A stretch of 62,228 nucleotides of DNA, the filler included. It is 12 parts of 12 records of this genome, joined end to end, with 100 filler letters (N's around TTAATTAATTAA, not from the genome) between each part and the next. Parts side by side here need not be neighbours in the genome. Positions count along the whole stretch, not along the records: positions 11,890 to 15,731 come from SRR15195285_3753; positions 15,832 to 24,619 come from SRR15195285_3755; positions 24,720 to 29,714 come from SRR15195285_3756; 9 more parts are not named here. One strand, 5' to 3'. How positions within the stretch are numbered: position 1 is the first letter of the stretch; each line of letters starts with the position of its first letter. The notes under the pieces were generated by a model that worked only from the letters and a program-made list of their open reading frames with translations, did no database searches and had not been told where the DNA came from. A program made the translations under genes and the position numbers. Below, one piece after another: positions 14,063-26,592 of the stretch.

Positions 14063-14872
14063 CCTCTATCGTCCTACTTCCCCTCCCTTCGTTGCAACAC
14101 TCGTGGCGCTGCTCATCGCACTCATCTGCAAGCAGACCCCAGACCGGAGCGAAGAGTTCGACCTGGTAGTTGACATTATTCTGGCACTAATCGGCATTGT
14201 GCCCATCGCGTTTGCGCTGCTCGAAGTAAGGGAGAGCCATGCGCACAGACGGCCCGTCACCGTGACCATCGAAGGAGACGGGAAACTGGGCCTAGTATTT
14301 GCAAAGGGCAAGGTGCCTCTGAGGATCCAGCGCATTAACCCCAACGGCCTCGCTGCTCAGGTTAGAACCTCACAGGATGCCACTGCATACAATCATTATG
14401 AGCAATGTGTAACACGTATACACGTATGCATGCGCGTGCCACACGTGTGACTGATTTGCTTGGACGTTTTGCTCGCTGGCATGTCAGGTGGTCCCGGAGC
14501 TCAGCGTTGGAATGAAGCTCCTCGCTGTCAATGGTGTCAATGTGCACGAGATGAGCTACGGTAAGTTGGATGCATCTTATTGCGCCCATGGCTTCGTATC
14601 TCGAACTGTGGCGCTCGTTATCAGAAATCTGAACGTGCAGTCATGGCTTTTAGCAGCTGAAGGCAATATGTTGCGTATGAATGATATTCGTAGACGCTGT
14701 GGTCGGTGTGATCAAAGTAGCACACAAAGGTGGGTCAGCCTTTGAGCTGGCGTTTGCAGCAAGCGACACTCTCACCAAGAAACAAGCAGAGCCGGCGGGC
14801 AGCCACGGGAACGAAAATGAGCGCGACTACGCTAACCCACTGCACAATGAACTGTCGGTAGAAACTGAGTAG
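14063..14872 (+). CDS. Exons encoding two TM helices plus a PDZ domain; start not located
   Basis: Acceptor ttttgcag at 14062. VTVTIEGDGKLGLVF...IQRINPNGLAAQ|VVPELSVGMKLLAVNGVNVHEMSY|DAVVGVIK is restored by introns 14361-14487 and 14561-14693. Stop at 14872. Confidence 0.7.
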
Positions 14873-14980
14873 CTAGGTTCTAGCAATATTGGATATCTGA
14901 TTCTCCGAAATCTGAGATGTAGTAATGGAATCGAAGCATTTTGGGGATACAATTCTCCAGCCTGTGCGGATCATACTCTC

Positions 14981-15516
14981 CTAGCCACTGGCCAATGCGT
15001 GCAAGGCAAGTACTCCACCATTGCATGTGAGAGCGAATGTCTCCCCGTCGTGACGGTCCTTTTTGTGGGCGCTCCCGTCCAGTGACCCCGCTCCGCTGCC
15101 CCGGCCGCGCCGCGACGGCGTGCCGCTCTCGAGCGACGTACCAAACGAATCGTCCAGCGACGCGGAGTTTTCAAACTCAGCAAACGCGTCAAGCGGGTCC
15201 CGGTCAGAGAAGCTGGTGTTGAGGCTACCAGTGCCCGCGCTGTGGTCCAGATCCGTTAATGTGCTCTGGAAGCTGCTGAGCGGGTCACCGTGACGGTGCT
15301 GCTCCAGCGTCCGGTCGCGCTCGTGCTCGTGCTGCTGCTGCTGCTGGCGCTGCTTGGTGGCGCGACGCGACGCTCGCGCTTGCGCTCACGGCTCTCCTTG
15401 TCGCGCTTGCGCCCACTGCCGCCGGAGTGCCCACGCCCACCCTCGTCATCTCTTTCTCGCTGCTCGTACTGTGGGCTCAGGAACGCCGGCGGTGGTGGCG
15501 CGAACGGCGACGGCAT
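14981..15516 (-). CDS. Low-complexity (R/E/S/Q-rich) coding fragment with an apparent 1-nt frameshift near 15370
   Basis: ...RDKESRERKRERR is in one frame; RATKQRQQQQQHEHERDRTLEQ...DPLDAFAEFENSASLDDSFG...LASG* is in another frame that has a TGA just upstream. Confidence 0.35.
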
Positions 15517-15731
15517 CTGGCGCCCGCCTCCTCACGCAGGCGGCGTGCCGCCACCGCCACCCTCTACATCACACGTGCAGTACCTCCTACAGCGCCACCA
15601 TCAACACTGTCACCACCAACAGTACCACTTCCTTACACTGCCACCACCCCACAGTGTCACCACCGCCACCTGCAGCTCCAGTTGCTCCGTCCCTTCCGTC
15701 CTCTGCAGACGGCGTCAAACCACAGTGTATG

Positions 15732-15831
15732 NNNNNNNNNNNNNNNNNNNNNNNNNNNNNNNNNNNNNNNNNNNNTTAATTAATTAANNNNNNNNNNNNN
15801 NNNNNNNNNNNNNNNNNNNNNNNNNNNNNNN
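15732..15831. other. Artificial contig linker
   Basis: N44-TTAATTAATTAA-N44. Confidence 0.98.
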
Positions 15832-16349
15832 TACGTCAATACACTCTACTTAAGCTTAAGCGGCCCTATTCCGGACTTGTCGCAGATTGCGGAGGCCGCG
15901 CAGATTGGTTTTGACGTGCGCCGCGCTGCGTGCCGTCGCGCGTGCGCTTGAGATGCATGACGAACGCGAATTTCACAATACTCAATAGATCTATGACGGG
16001 TATGATCAAGTGGTCATCGGTCAATCCACAGATCCAGAATTAGCATGCCGTATCCCAGACGACGCGGCACGTCCGTGGAAAGCTGGTGAGACCCGTCCGT
16101 CCACGGCTGTCGTGCCAACCAAGGATTGAGTGCAATTTCCTGTGTGATCGCCGTGAAACTCTGCAGCAACTCGATGCGGTGGCTGCGTTCATCGGGGGTC
16201 ACTGCATTTCTCAGTGCGTTTCGTACCCCTTGACGACTCCGAATGAATTGATGGCTGGGGGAGCGTGGTGGTGATCGCCCCAAATTTGAGCCGTTACAAC
16301 TGACTGGGCCGTTACCGTTACGACTGACCGAGGGTGATCGTTAACGGTT

Positions 16350-18726
16350 ATGGTGCGGCTGAGCTTCGTCTTCGTGCTGAGCGCCGGGAGCGGGTGCTTC
16401 GTGCCGTGCGGTGGTCTGGCTCCAGCTGAACAACGGTGAGGGCAGCCAACCCCTGACACGCCTTTCTCTGTGTTTGTGTGGTGTGGGTGGGGGAGTTTTG
16501 GGGTCCTGCAATTTCCTCGCCGATGCTATCTCATACGCCGCATGGTGTGCCGCCGCAGAGAGCACGGGGCGGATCACCTGGATGTGTGGGGAGCGAGTGG
16601 TGGGCTCGTACAACGAAAGTTCGAACCTGTTTTGAGCTCATCGTACGACGCGGCTGCTGCGGGGGGCGAGGGGGGCGAGGGGCATCGGCGGCTGCGCTCT
16701 GGCAGCGGGGGCAAGAAGCGGGAGGGCGGAGGAGAAGAGGGAGAAACGGTGATTACGTATCAGTACTGGGAGGACTTCGGCGACCCTCCGTTTGTCCCGG
16801 GCGATGATAGCGGCGACAGCCTGTGCACGTCTGTGTTCTACGCCGTGTGCGGGGCCGCGCTGCTATCAATCCTGGTGATCCTGTCGGATCCGTGGTGGCC
16901 ACCGTTCGAGGAGCGCTCCCCTGGCTTGATGGTAATGATGTGCGTCTCCTCCGTGGTGTGGAGCTGGGCGTCCCTTGTCGTCGACAACCATGCGCCAGAG
17001 TGGATGATGCTGGCCTCGCTGACCGCTGGCAGCGACGGCACAGCAACGGTCAAGTTCTGGCTCGTGTGGATGCGGATGGTTGCCGGTAGTGGGGTCTTTA
17101 TCGGGTGTTTGTTCGTCCGGCTGCACGCCGCTAATGCCCTTTACGTCGTCAAAGATGTCAACGAACCGATCTGGTGGGCGGTACGGCTGTTTAAGTACCT
17201 GCTGCCGTGGTTGGTGCTCGCCGGCTTGCGGATCTATATTTTGGCAACGCAGATGGAAGCTGTGGTAGCCTCATCTCTCAGCATCGGCATGGGCGTGGCA
17301 CACATGTGCTTTCTGATCTGGCTCGTTGCGTCGATCGATCGCAAACCTGAGCGACGCAGAGCAGTCGGCGACATACAGGTCACCATGTGGTGGGTCCTCC
17401 TGATGACTGGTACGCTGCCCTGGCACTGACCTGGCCCAGCTTTGTCGGCACGGCTCAATTCTGTAACCTCGCCGAGTGCCCGGCCTGCTTCTCTGTATTT
17501 GACCACCGTTGCCCCTGCGCAGCTGGCCCTTCGTGTTGGCACGGTGTTGCCATCGACTACAGCGTTGTCTCCTATGCTACGACGATGTCGCCTGACTATG
17601 ATCCCGCAGTCGACGATCCAGACCCGCAGAGCGTTCAGACGCGGCAGGTCATATCGAGCCTCCTCACCATGGGACTACTCCTCATATACTGGCTGCTCAC
17701 CACGGCCCCTCTGATTTTTCGATGCCTCCGCAAATCTAGCAACCTTGCTTGGATGGAGGCTAACTACGAGGGCCCGTTCGTCGAGTACCGCCTCAAGAAG
17801 CTCTCGCCAGAAGAGCGCAGCAGAGCCGGGTTGGTCGGGCAGTCATATGAGGCCACGGGCGACCCAACGGTCTCGTACGATGACGAGGACGAGCCCGTGG
17901 GTGATGTAGAGCCGCCTGCAATTTCTTGCTGCTCACGGTTGCTAGGCAGCTGGCGGTACGAGATCGAGACTAGTGAGTGGAACGAGGCAGATGATACCCG
18001 CTCAGAGAAGCGCACGTACCGCACGCTGCGCAAGTTTGTGGTAGAGGAGGAAACAGTGCTGACCGCAGAGATGTGCCACTGGGATGTCATGCAAATCGAT
18101 CGCGACACGGAGCTTCAGGCAGCGGAAATATTCAGATCACTCGACCTTGACGGTGACGGCCAATTGGAAAGAGAGGAGATGCGCACTGCGCTGGCCAAGC
18201 TGCACGGTATGCCTCCCAACACTCCATCCAAACCGCTTGATCAGATGGACCCGCTTGGTCGAATGGCACTGATGCGGGACCAACGCGCAGGTGGCAATGT
18301 AGTTGAAGGCCAATTAGACGAAGTGATGAAAGATTGTGATGCGGATGGTGATGGCTTCATTGATGTGCTAGAATTTGTAAGCCGCTCCGAAGATAGCGCT
18401 TGCTATCTAACCTGTGCCGCGGCGACCCGCCTTGGTCGCTTCGTGCGACAGAGGGTGATCAGCGTCTTGGTCGTTTGGTGCAGGTGAACTGGTTCAAACG
18501 TTCTGAGGTAGCGCAAGAGCTGAAGAGACAGGCACGGAGAGAAAAGAAGCTCCGGGCCGCGTACTCAGAGCTTGGTGTTGCCGTCGGCGAGGCCGGCGTG
18601 TCTCACGGACTACAGGCATTGCACACCGCAGTCGAAGTGGACCGAGTGACCGGGCACCACGGCACTGATGGCGCAACAATGGAACGAGCATGGGGGGAGA
18701 ATGGCAACTTGCCCGGAAACCCGTGA
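16350..18726 (+). CDS. Signal peptide + 7TM (plant RGS1-like TM region) + two EF-hands
   Basis: ATG 16350 (MVRLSFVFVLSAGSG). Introns 16436-16558, 17410-17522 and 18377-18483 all keep frame. Hydrophobic helices include FWLVWMRMVAGSGVFIGC and YLLPW. EF loops are DLDGDGQLEREE and DADGDGFIDVLEF. Confidence 0.8.
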
Positions 18727-18849
18727 GCACAATTCTACCTGCGACAAGCTCTGCAAAAAAGAACTAGCGCAGGTATCGGTACCGGTACTATACTGCTTAT
18801 GAATATGGCTATGAATAAAGAATCAGCGTTGGCCAGTGTACCAGTCAAT

Positions 18850-21800
18850 TTACGAATCTATTCCAGAGTTTTCTTCCGTCAGCTGTTTGTAGAAATAACC
18901 TCCCTTATCCTTGAGTAGATTGCCAGGGGTATCGAACGCCTGTGGGAGTGGAATCAGCAGCAGCACACAACACCAGATAATTATGATGAAGGTCTCTCGG
19001 GCTCACAGCAAGCACAATTTTTTTCTCAGTGGTTTTCTCACGTTAATCGTTCCGCCGGTGTTGAGCACCAAGATTTTGTCTGAATTGCGAATAAAGTTCC
19101 TGCAGCATTCGCACGAGCTTCAGCTACTCTATCCGACTTACCGCAAGGCAGTTTTGCACTAACAGATAGCCCCAGCTTACAGGCGATGTGCAATTGAAAT
19201 CACGGTGGTCTCCGCAAAATTATCATCAATTACGCGCAGTAGCTCGTTTGCCGATTCCTGGACCGACAGCAGACAGACACACCGGCACCAGAAGTTCGAG
19301 CTTAGTCAAGACATCACTTACCTCCGTCCTACTGCCCCTCGCTGCAATACGATGGTATAAGAAAGTGCACAGACAGTGCTCACCTGGTCCAAGTCCGCTC
19401 TGGCGGTACACGGTAAATAGAGCAATATAATCAGCGGCAACACACAACGACATAGGGATAGCAGCATTTGCGATATACATGTGGATTCCTTACGTCGATT
19501 CGTCGAGCACAAGAATCTTCGGCTTGCGTACCAGTGCCCGGGCGACACAGAAAAGTTGACGCTGCCCGTCGCTCAACTTTCCCATCAACCCATCCAGACC
19601 GCGGTTAGCTAGGACGTCCAACCTACACGATCGCAGGACGTCGAGCAGATACTCATCGCTGGTGTCGCTCGCTCGATTGCCACCGATCAAATTCTCTACA
19701 CACGATGCACGCGACCAGGGCTAAGAACCATAGCGGCAGGCTAGGGTGTTGGAGATACTGGATAGCAGGGTACGCGCGAATCTCACCGCGAACAGTGCCA
19801 TCAAACAACCTACATCAGCACAGCTGGCTTAGTTATATAACTAAATTTTCTTGGTGTGTCGACGCCAAGCAACTCAAGTGCATACCAATTTAGCCAGAGC
19901 GAGACTTACGTGGGAAACTGAGGGACAATCGCGATATTTCTTCTGCAAAATGCATCATAGATGCACAGGGGCGCGCGGCGGGTTAGCAAACGTAGTGGAG
20001 CTGCGGACGGTGCAATCCACAGTCTGCGCGTAGCAAACTCCGCTGCTGGATTAGCAGCGCAGACCGTACCGAACTTCATGGCATGAGATGTCAACCAGGT
20101 CGACCCCAGCGACGGACACTGAGCCGCCACTGAGCGGACCAAGGCTAAAGAGCACTGACAGTAGAGTGCTCTTCCCCGCACCGGCTGCGCAACGTAGCAG
20201 TAGCCGGCTCAGTTGACCAACAACATGTGCCAGTTGCAACACAGGACGGAGGTGGGGGTCCGGGGCTTCTGCCGACTTGTCTGGAGAGTTCGAGGCACTC
20301 ACTTCTGCCGCAGACACCGATCTTCTCTCCTGGCTGAATGTCTATCGATATACCATTCAATGCGCTCGGGGCCCCAGTCCTGTAGTCGAAGACTACGTCC
20401 GACATTCGCACTCCGCCGTCGGCGGGCCAACCTGGAGGGGCTGTGCGAGTGTCCTCTTCGATGCATGACTTGCCAACGCACTCCTTGACATCAAGAAAGT
20501 CCATGACCCTCATCCAGTTAGGCAGCATCTGTGCAGCTGCGTCGTTGACCGTGAAGAAAAGCCCTATAGAGTTGTTCAGCTCTTCAAGCTGATTGTATAC
20601 GGCTATTGCCACAGCGGGAGCCAACTGTCCACGCATAGAGATGAGGGCAGCCATAGAGATAGTTGCCCAAGCGGTGTCCACTACCATTCCATAGAAATTG
20701 CTCCTGCCAAGACTGCCGAAGAAGAGCGGGGAGAGCTGGAAGTTCTGGTAAAAGCGCTTGTTCGAGATAGCGTCGAACTCCTCTTCGCGACCCATGGCGC
20801 AAATAGTTGGGCTTGCGTCGAACAGCTCTCCAGAAAACTTGCGCATCCCCACCCACGCCTCAATTATAAGGCCACCTGCACGGCGATGCGAGTGAACCTG
20901 TTGTGGCGCCGCTACAAAGGCAGCACAAGACACGCACTATCTCGGGACCTATGGCAGATGCTGGCAAAACTAGTTACCGTAAACTTGACGAATTCCCCAG
21001 CCGAACGGTTTCTTTACGTGCTTGTAAAGATAAAGAGCAACGATAGCAACGGGTGTGATGAGGGGTCTAGAGTAGAGCACCATACTGAGCGACACGGATG
21101 ATGAGGCAAGAATCAGCGGCATCATGGCAAAGAAGCCATATTCCTGTGGATCCTTTGTGACCAGATCCACCAGGCTTGCAGTTGAATGTTTTGGATCCCA
21201 CTGTGCACGTTCCGAGTACAGTCAGCTTGCCGCGGCAAAACACAAGATCAACAGACCGAAGAGTAAACGAAGATGGCGACTCACCAAATAAGGCATTGCA
21301 AGTACCGAAAGTTTCTCATTAGTATCGAGCCGAATGGACTTGCTGGCGACTTCGCGGCCAGCACCATCAGTAACACCTTGAAAAAACTTAGCCACCTGCG
21401 CGCCAACCATGAAACCCACCGCAATAACGTAGTTTGACACGAAGCCGAGCCCCCAGCTGTCATTTGCCCATTTCTCATTCCACCAGAATAGACCTAGGCC
21501 GGCTGTTTGAGAAAGCACGTTTCCACACGCCGATACCAGGATCCACGGGCCCATTCTCCGGCAGTAAGCTGTCACAGCTGCAGCAATGCTGCCCTTTTTC
21601 TTTTCGCCATCGTTTTTGGAACCCTGCTTGGCATTCTTTGAAGTTTTTCCGCCTTCTTTCTTTTCTTTAATGACCCGATCATGTCTTGCACCAGGGCTTT
21701 CTGGCGCGACTTTGGTCTCCTCCTTGCTACTTGATGGTGTTCCCTTCACATCACCCTTCGCTGCTGTTTTTTCTGCAGAGGCATCGCTGGTACCTAATTC

Positions 21801-24165
21801 GACTGGTGGCGCCTCATCTAACATAACGTACCCGTCACCGAGCGATTGCTGCAGGCTGATTGGCATATCTGACGGCTTACCATTGTAAGTGATCCGACCA
21901 GGAGTTCCGTCTCCAGTGTTTTCGATGATGACAAGCCTGCTCACAGCCTTGTCGCTCGCAAAACGCTGAAGCATCTGGCTGTTGACCACCATCACTCGTG
22001 TCTTGCCCGCCATTACATCTTTCATGTTGTCCCAGCACTTGGCAGCCGTATGTGGATCAAGTGCTTTGATGGGATCATCCAGAATAACGCACTCCGATCC
22101 AGCTAGAGCAGCATAGATACAGCGTGCCAGAGCCACGCGGGCTTGCTGTCCACCAGATAGCTCGCTGCCGTTCTGCCCTGCTGAAGTGAGCTCGCGCTTT
22201 GCGTGAAGAGTTGATTCTGGATCATCCATGTCAAGAGTCAGCGTGCTTGCTTGCAACGCTTGCTGTACGTACTCCTCATTCGCATCGTCATCTGCGATAC
22301 CAAAAAGAATATTGGCTCTAATCGTCTGGTCGAACAGAATTGGCGACTGCGGCTGAAAGGCAACACTATGCGGAACTTCTAGGCTGCCTCCAAGCATCTC
22401 TGTATTGCCAACGAGGCTCTGAAGCAGCGTTGACTTGCCGCTGGCTACTGGCCCGCTGACGAGAACCAACTCCCCTTGGGTAATCTGCAAGCTGATGTCT
22501 GCAATCCCAGGAGCTGGGGTTGGCCAATCCTGAATCTCCAAGTCCGGCAGCTGCTTCAACGCAGATGTTTTGATCCAACCGTCTGCCCCCCCGTCTTCAG
22601 TTTGCACGCGGACAGAGTCGTCATTTTTCTGACCGTCAACACTTGCAACGACGTCACCTTGTCGAAGCGTCACTGTTATCCCACTCGGTGCCAGCGGCGT
22701 ACAGACCGTACCGTTAGCGGCAACGGAGTACCTAGTTGGGGGCTTCGTCGGCCAGCCAAATGCAGCATCGCCCAAGCGGATCGCACCGTCGCTGCTGCGT
22801 TTCAGCGGCTCAGCGTCTGGTAGCTCAAACATCTCATCGATGTTGGCGCACTCGGCGCACAGGTCACGCCACTGCTGACGCGATTCTGTAACTTTTTGCA
22901 TGCTCGACGAAATTATGGTGATGTAAGAACCGGCAGTAAGAAGTTTCACAAGCTCGACCTTGCCTCCGAGCAGCACATTGATGCCGACTGACATGAGTAC
23001 CGCCGTCGGACCGATTGCGTTAGGCAGCACGTCAGCCAGCGTCTTCCAGAACGCGTTCCACCGTCCGACGGTCTCCATTTCAGTCGTTAGCTTATTCAAC
23101 CTCGCTACGAAGTAATCCGCCCACCCATATAGCTTCCAGATGGGTAGGTTGCTGGCAAGCTCGTTGAGAACTGCCTCCTGCTTTTTGCGAAGAGAGCGCA
23201 GCTTCTGCTCTGTTTTTGTCTTCTGGTTACCGACCTTTGCCACCAAGCCAAGTACCCCTGCGCCAATGGCGGCACTGGCCCCAATCGCAGCGATGCCAAA
23301 GAGCCGCCACAGAAAGAAAAACCCGATAGGCAGCGTGGCAACCTCGAGCACGACCTTGGCCTGGCCTGGCATCGAGAGCGCAGCCGTAAAGCCTTCCATC
23401 TTAGCGAAGAGCGTCTGGACCTCGGAAGCACTGATGGCGATGCGTGCACGTGGACTGATTGTCTGTAGCTTTCTGAGCACCAGAGACTGTGCACCTAGAA
23501 TAGCGGGTTGGGTGCCTTCGTTTGAGACAGAGAACAAGTAGAGTGCCTCGGTATACTTGTCGCAAATCATTCGCAGTGCAGCAAGTAGCATCAGCTTGTA
23601 GCCGATTGTCATTGGCGCTTTCCGATCTTGAAGGAAGTCCAGCAAGTTACTGACCAACAGCGGGGGCAGAAACTGGACGAATTTGCGTGGCAGTTGCAGC
23701 GCGTGGCTAAAGCACCACCATGGCCTGCCACATGCACATCCAGCGGCGCATTAGGCCGGGTGTCATTCGCACATACGAGTGCATCGAGACTCACAGCATC
23801 AACCAGAAGAAGGCCCCAGAAGAGCGGCCGTTGCGATAAAATCGCCCGCTACCTTTGCACGACTTCCACACGCGGTGAAACGCGTCTGTGTCTCTGGCGA
23901 TTCGGCGTTTTTCCCCAGGCTTGAGCGGCGGTTCCGGCAGCAGTTCTCTGAGCTTCATCAGTGGACCGTCACTCGGGAACTTGACCATCCAGGGCTTGAT
24001 GAAGTTGTATGACCACATCCCCCACCAAGTTGTCTTGTCGTAGGTTATGGGGTTGTAGTAGAACATGCGCCCCAGCGCGAGGACCCACCCGATCCCCGCG
24101 CCCGTCGCCACGAGGTACCTGTTGATCGGGTCTTGCATGCCCAGCATTTTCGACAGCGCTGTCAT
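18850..24165 (-). CDS. ABC transporter, C subfamily (MRP-like, TMD-NBD-TMD-NBD), multi-exon
   Basis: NBD1: [30 protein letters not shown]2: CGR|..[43 protein letters not shown]. Stop TAA at 18850-18852; probable ATG at 24165 (MTALSK). Confidence 0.92.
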
Positions 24166-24619
24166 TGCCGCTCCTCCACTCCCGCACACACCGCCACACC
24201 ACACCCGACCGACCCGCCCAGCCACCGCCCAGCCGGAGGCGATCAGCGCCAAAAAAAACGGCTGTAGCCTACCGATCAGGGCCCAATCATGGCCGCAGGC
24301 GCAGGCAGCACAGCCCCCGCCCCCCGGCGTGCCATCGCGCGACCCGGTCCGCGCGGCGCTACGCTCCCGCGCGCGCGGCGCGCGTGCTCCGCCCGTCAAA
24401 GCGTCAATCACTGAATCAGTCAATAAGCTCCGGGTTTGGTCACGAACAGGCCTTCAGTTCTTCACGCCCGGCAACCAGCATCATGTTTCATAATTGGAAT
24501 GTGAGGACGAGGTGTGAGGTTGCCTCATGTCATGATCACCGACATCGGCGACGAAGGGCACATTTCTCAGACGCGACAGCATGCAGCAAAATCCTCAATA
24601 CCATGTATCATGATGTGAT

Positions 24620-24719
24620 NNNNNNNNNNNNNNNNNNNNNNNNNNNNNNNNNNNNNNNNNNNNTTAATTAATTAANNNNNNNNNNNNNNNNNNNNNNNNN
24701 NNNNNNNNNNNNNNNNNNN
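24620..24719. other. Artificial contig linker
   Basis: N44-TTAATTAATTAA-N44. Confidence 0.98.
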
Positions 24720-25833
24720 TTTGACGAGTCGCGGCCACGCGGCGATCCTACAACGAGTGTGCGAAGCCCTGACCAGTGGTAGTGGCGGGAATGATCCAAC
24801 TCTTTGGCTCAGTGATCTGAAGGAAATGGAGGCAAATGGAGATCTGGAAGCTTTTCTCCAAGGGTGTCGCGGCACAACAGCACCACAGCCGGCGCCTGCC
24901 TCGATTGCAGTCTCGCAAGAAGAGCAAACAGACCGACTGGAGCAATTCCGAGCAAAGCGAGAGGTGATCGCGTGCTGTGGGCCAGGATCGTGCCTTGGTG
25001 CGGGTGGGCCGACGAGGGAATACTTCCGTCATCGCCACAACTGTCAATTTCATTCCCTTATCGCGTTGCTGCAGTTGTCGTATCTGGCGTATGCCAACTC
25101 GCCAAGGTGTCACAACGTAAGTGTTAGCTCCTGCTCCGAGGACTACCAGGGCCGGTCCTATTGCGATTACAGCTCACGGTCAAGTTGTCTCGGGATGATT
25201 GTCAGCTGGTCCGAATTTCGCGAAATCCTCGTTGCGTTCTGCGTCGTCATCTGTTTGGAGCTGATCCTAGCTATGTTCTGCTGCGGTCGGCTCGATGAGC
25301 CTAGCGAGCCACACAAGGTTGGAACCGTACGTTGGTTATGTTGGAGCATTTGGCCGGTACGCGAGAAAAAAGTAAATGACCAGGTGCAAATGCCAGCGCA
25401 ACCTGTGGCCGCTGCCGATCCGCGCGGTCTTGAGCAAGTGGTGCAGCAGGACCACCAGCCTGTGGCCACGGCAATGCGTGGTGATCCACCACAACAATCG
25501 GCGATGACGATGCCGGATCAGCAAGAACAGCCACCACAACCGGTGGCGCAACGCCAGATGGCATTCGAGATAGAGCAAACGTCAAACCCGATGGCTCACA
25601 TCGTGGCGGTGGCAAACACAAATGCAAACACTGACTTGGATCTCACGCAGTTTTTGTCGGTCCTCTCTCTCGGCAAATACGAAACTGGACTGGTGGCAAT
25701 CGGGGTATCGCATATTGAGCATCTCGTTGATGTAGTTGCTGAAGATCTTCAAGAGGTTGGAATGAAACCTGTCGAGCAGAAGCGCTTCTTGAGGTCGGTG
25801 GCGAAGTTGGCAGACGACAGTGGCAGCGTGTGA
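24720..25833 (+). CDS. 5'-truncated membrane protein (1-2 TM, Cys-rich loop, Q/P-rich linker) with a C-terminal SAM domain
   Basis: DLTQFLSVLSLGKYETGLVAIGVSHIEHLVDVVAEDLQEVGMKPVEQKRFLRSV fits the SAM consensus. Confidence 0.75.
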
Positions 25834-26592
25834 GAGTGGGTAGCTAGTCGAGCGCTCTGTCGCGTAGAAGGTTTGTATAGAGGTTGGGGGCGGCTCTAGT
25901 AGCAGCGATGAAGATTCAAAGACTGACCTTGGAGACGGTGATTCATTGCACACAAATTTTCGCCGCCAACTTAATCATCCAGATGACCCAAGAGCACGTC
26001 TTCCAAATATCTCATTGGTTGCAATAGGCTTGCATCCAGCCCATTGTGGTGCACGCCTCTATCGAATGCATGTTGCAACTCGGTCACAGCTCGAGCGATT
26101 TGCAACATCATACTGGTATTGTCCATTGTAGCGAATGCTCTCAATGCAGTTGCCGGCTCTACATAGGCGCGCTGGATCCCACGGGTGCGCTATAATACTG
26201 TCGAGAGTGTTTGCTAGGACCTTCATTGCGATGGCCGAAATGCAAGGGGGGATATCTTATAGCGCCGGTGGGCATAACGTTGCTACAACACCAATTGTTC
26301 ATGCAATCACGTACTCGTCTCGACGAGATCTGGAAGATCCAACGTGGCCTTCACGTGTTTGAGCTTCTGCGATGATGGTAGGTCCTACTGGTCACAGATC
26401 GCTTCATTGTGAAATGGCTGCGTATGAACATACTTCCCTGTGTTCTCACCACTGTGCATTGTGTTTTTCTTTCTAATTGCATATCACCGCATCTGCTCCA
26501 CAGCTGCGCCTCTCATGGCCACAGCTTTCAGCACTCGTTGTACTCATCTCACTCCGGCTTCGGCCACGGTCCGAGCTTCGGCGAATTGGTAG

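Noticed and set aside
15540-15731. CAC/CCA-rich low-complexity tract
   Set aside because: Degenerate simple sequence at a contig end with no unit-spacer structure
25950-26400. Minus-strand fragments resembling a PUB-like motif (MKVLANTLDSIIAHPWDP)
   Set aside because: Short, interrupted by stops, with no consistent splice model
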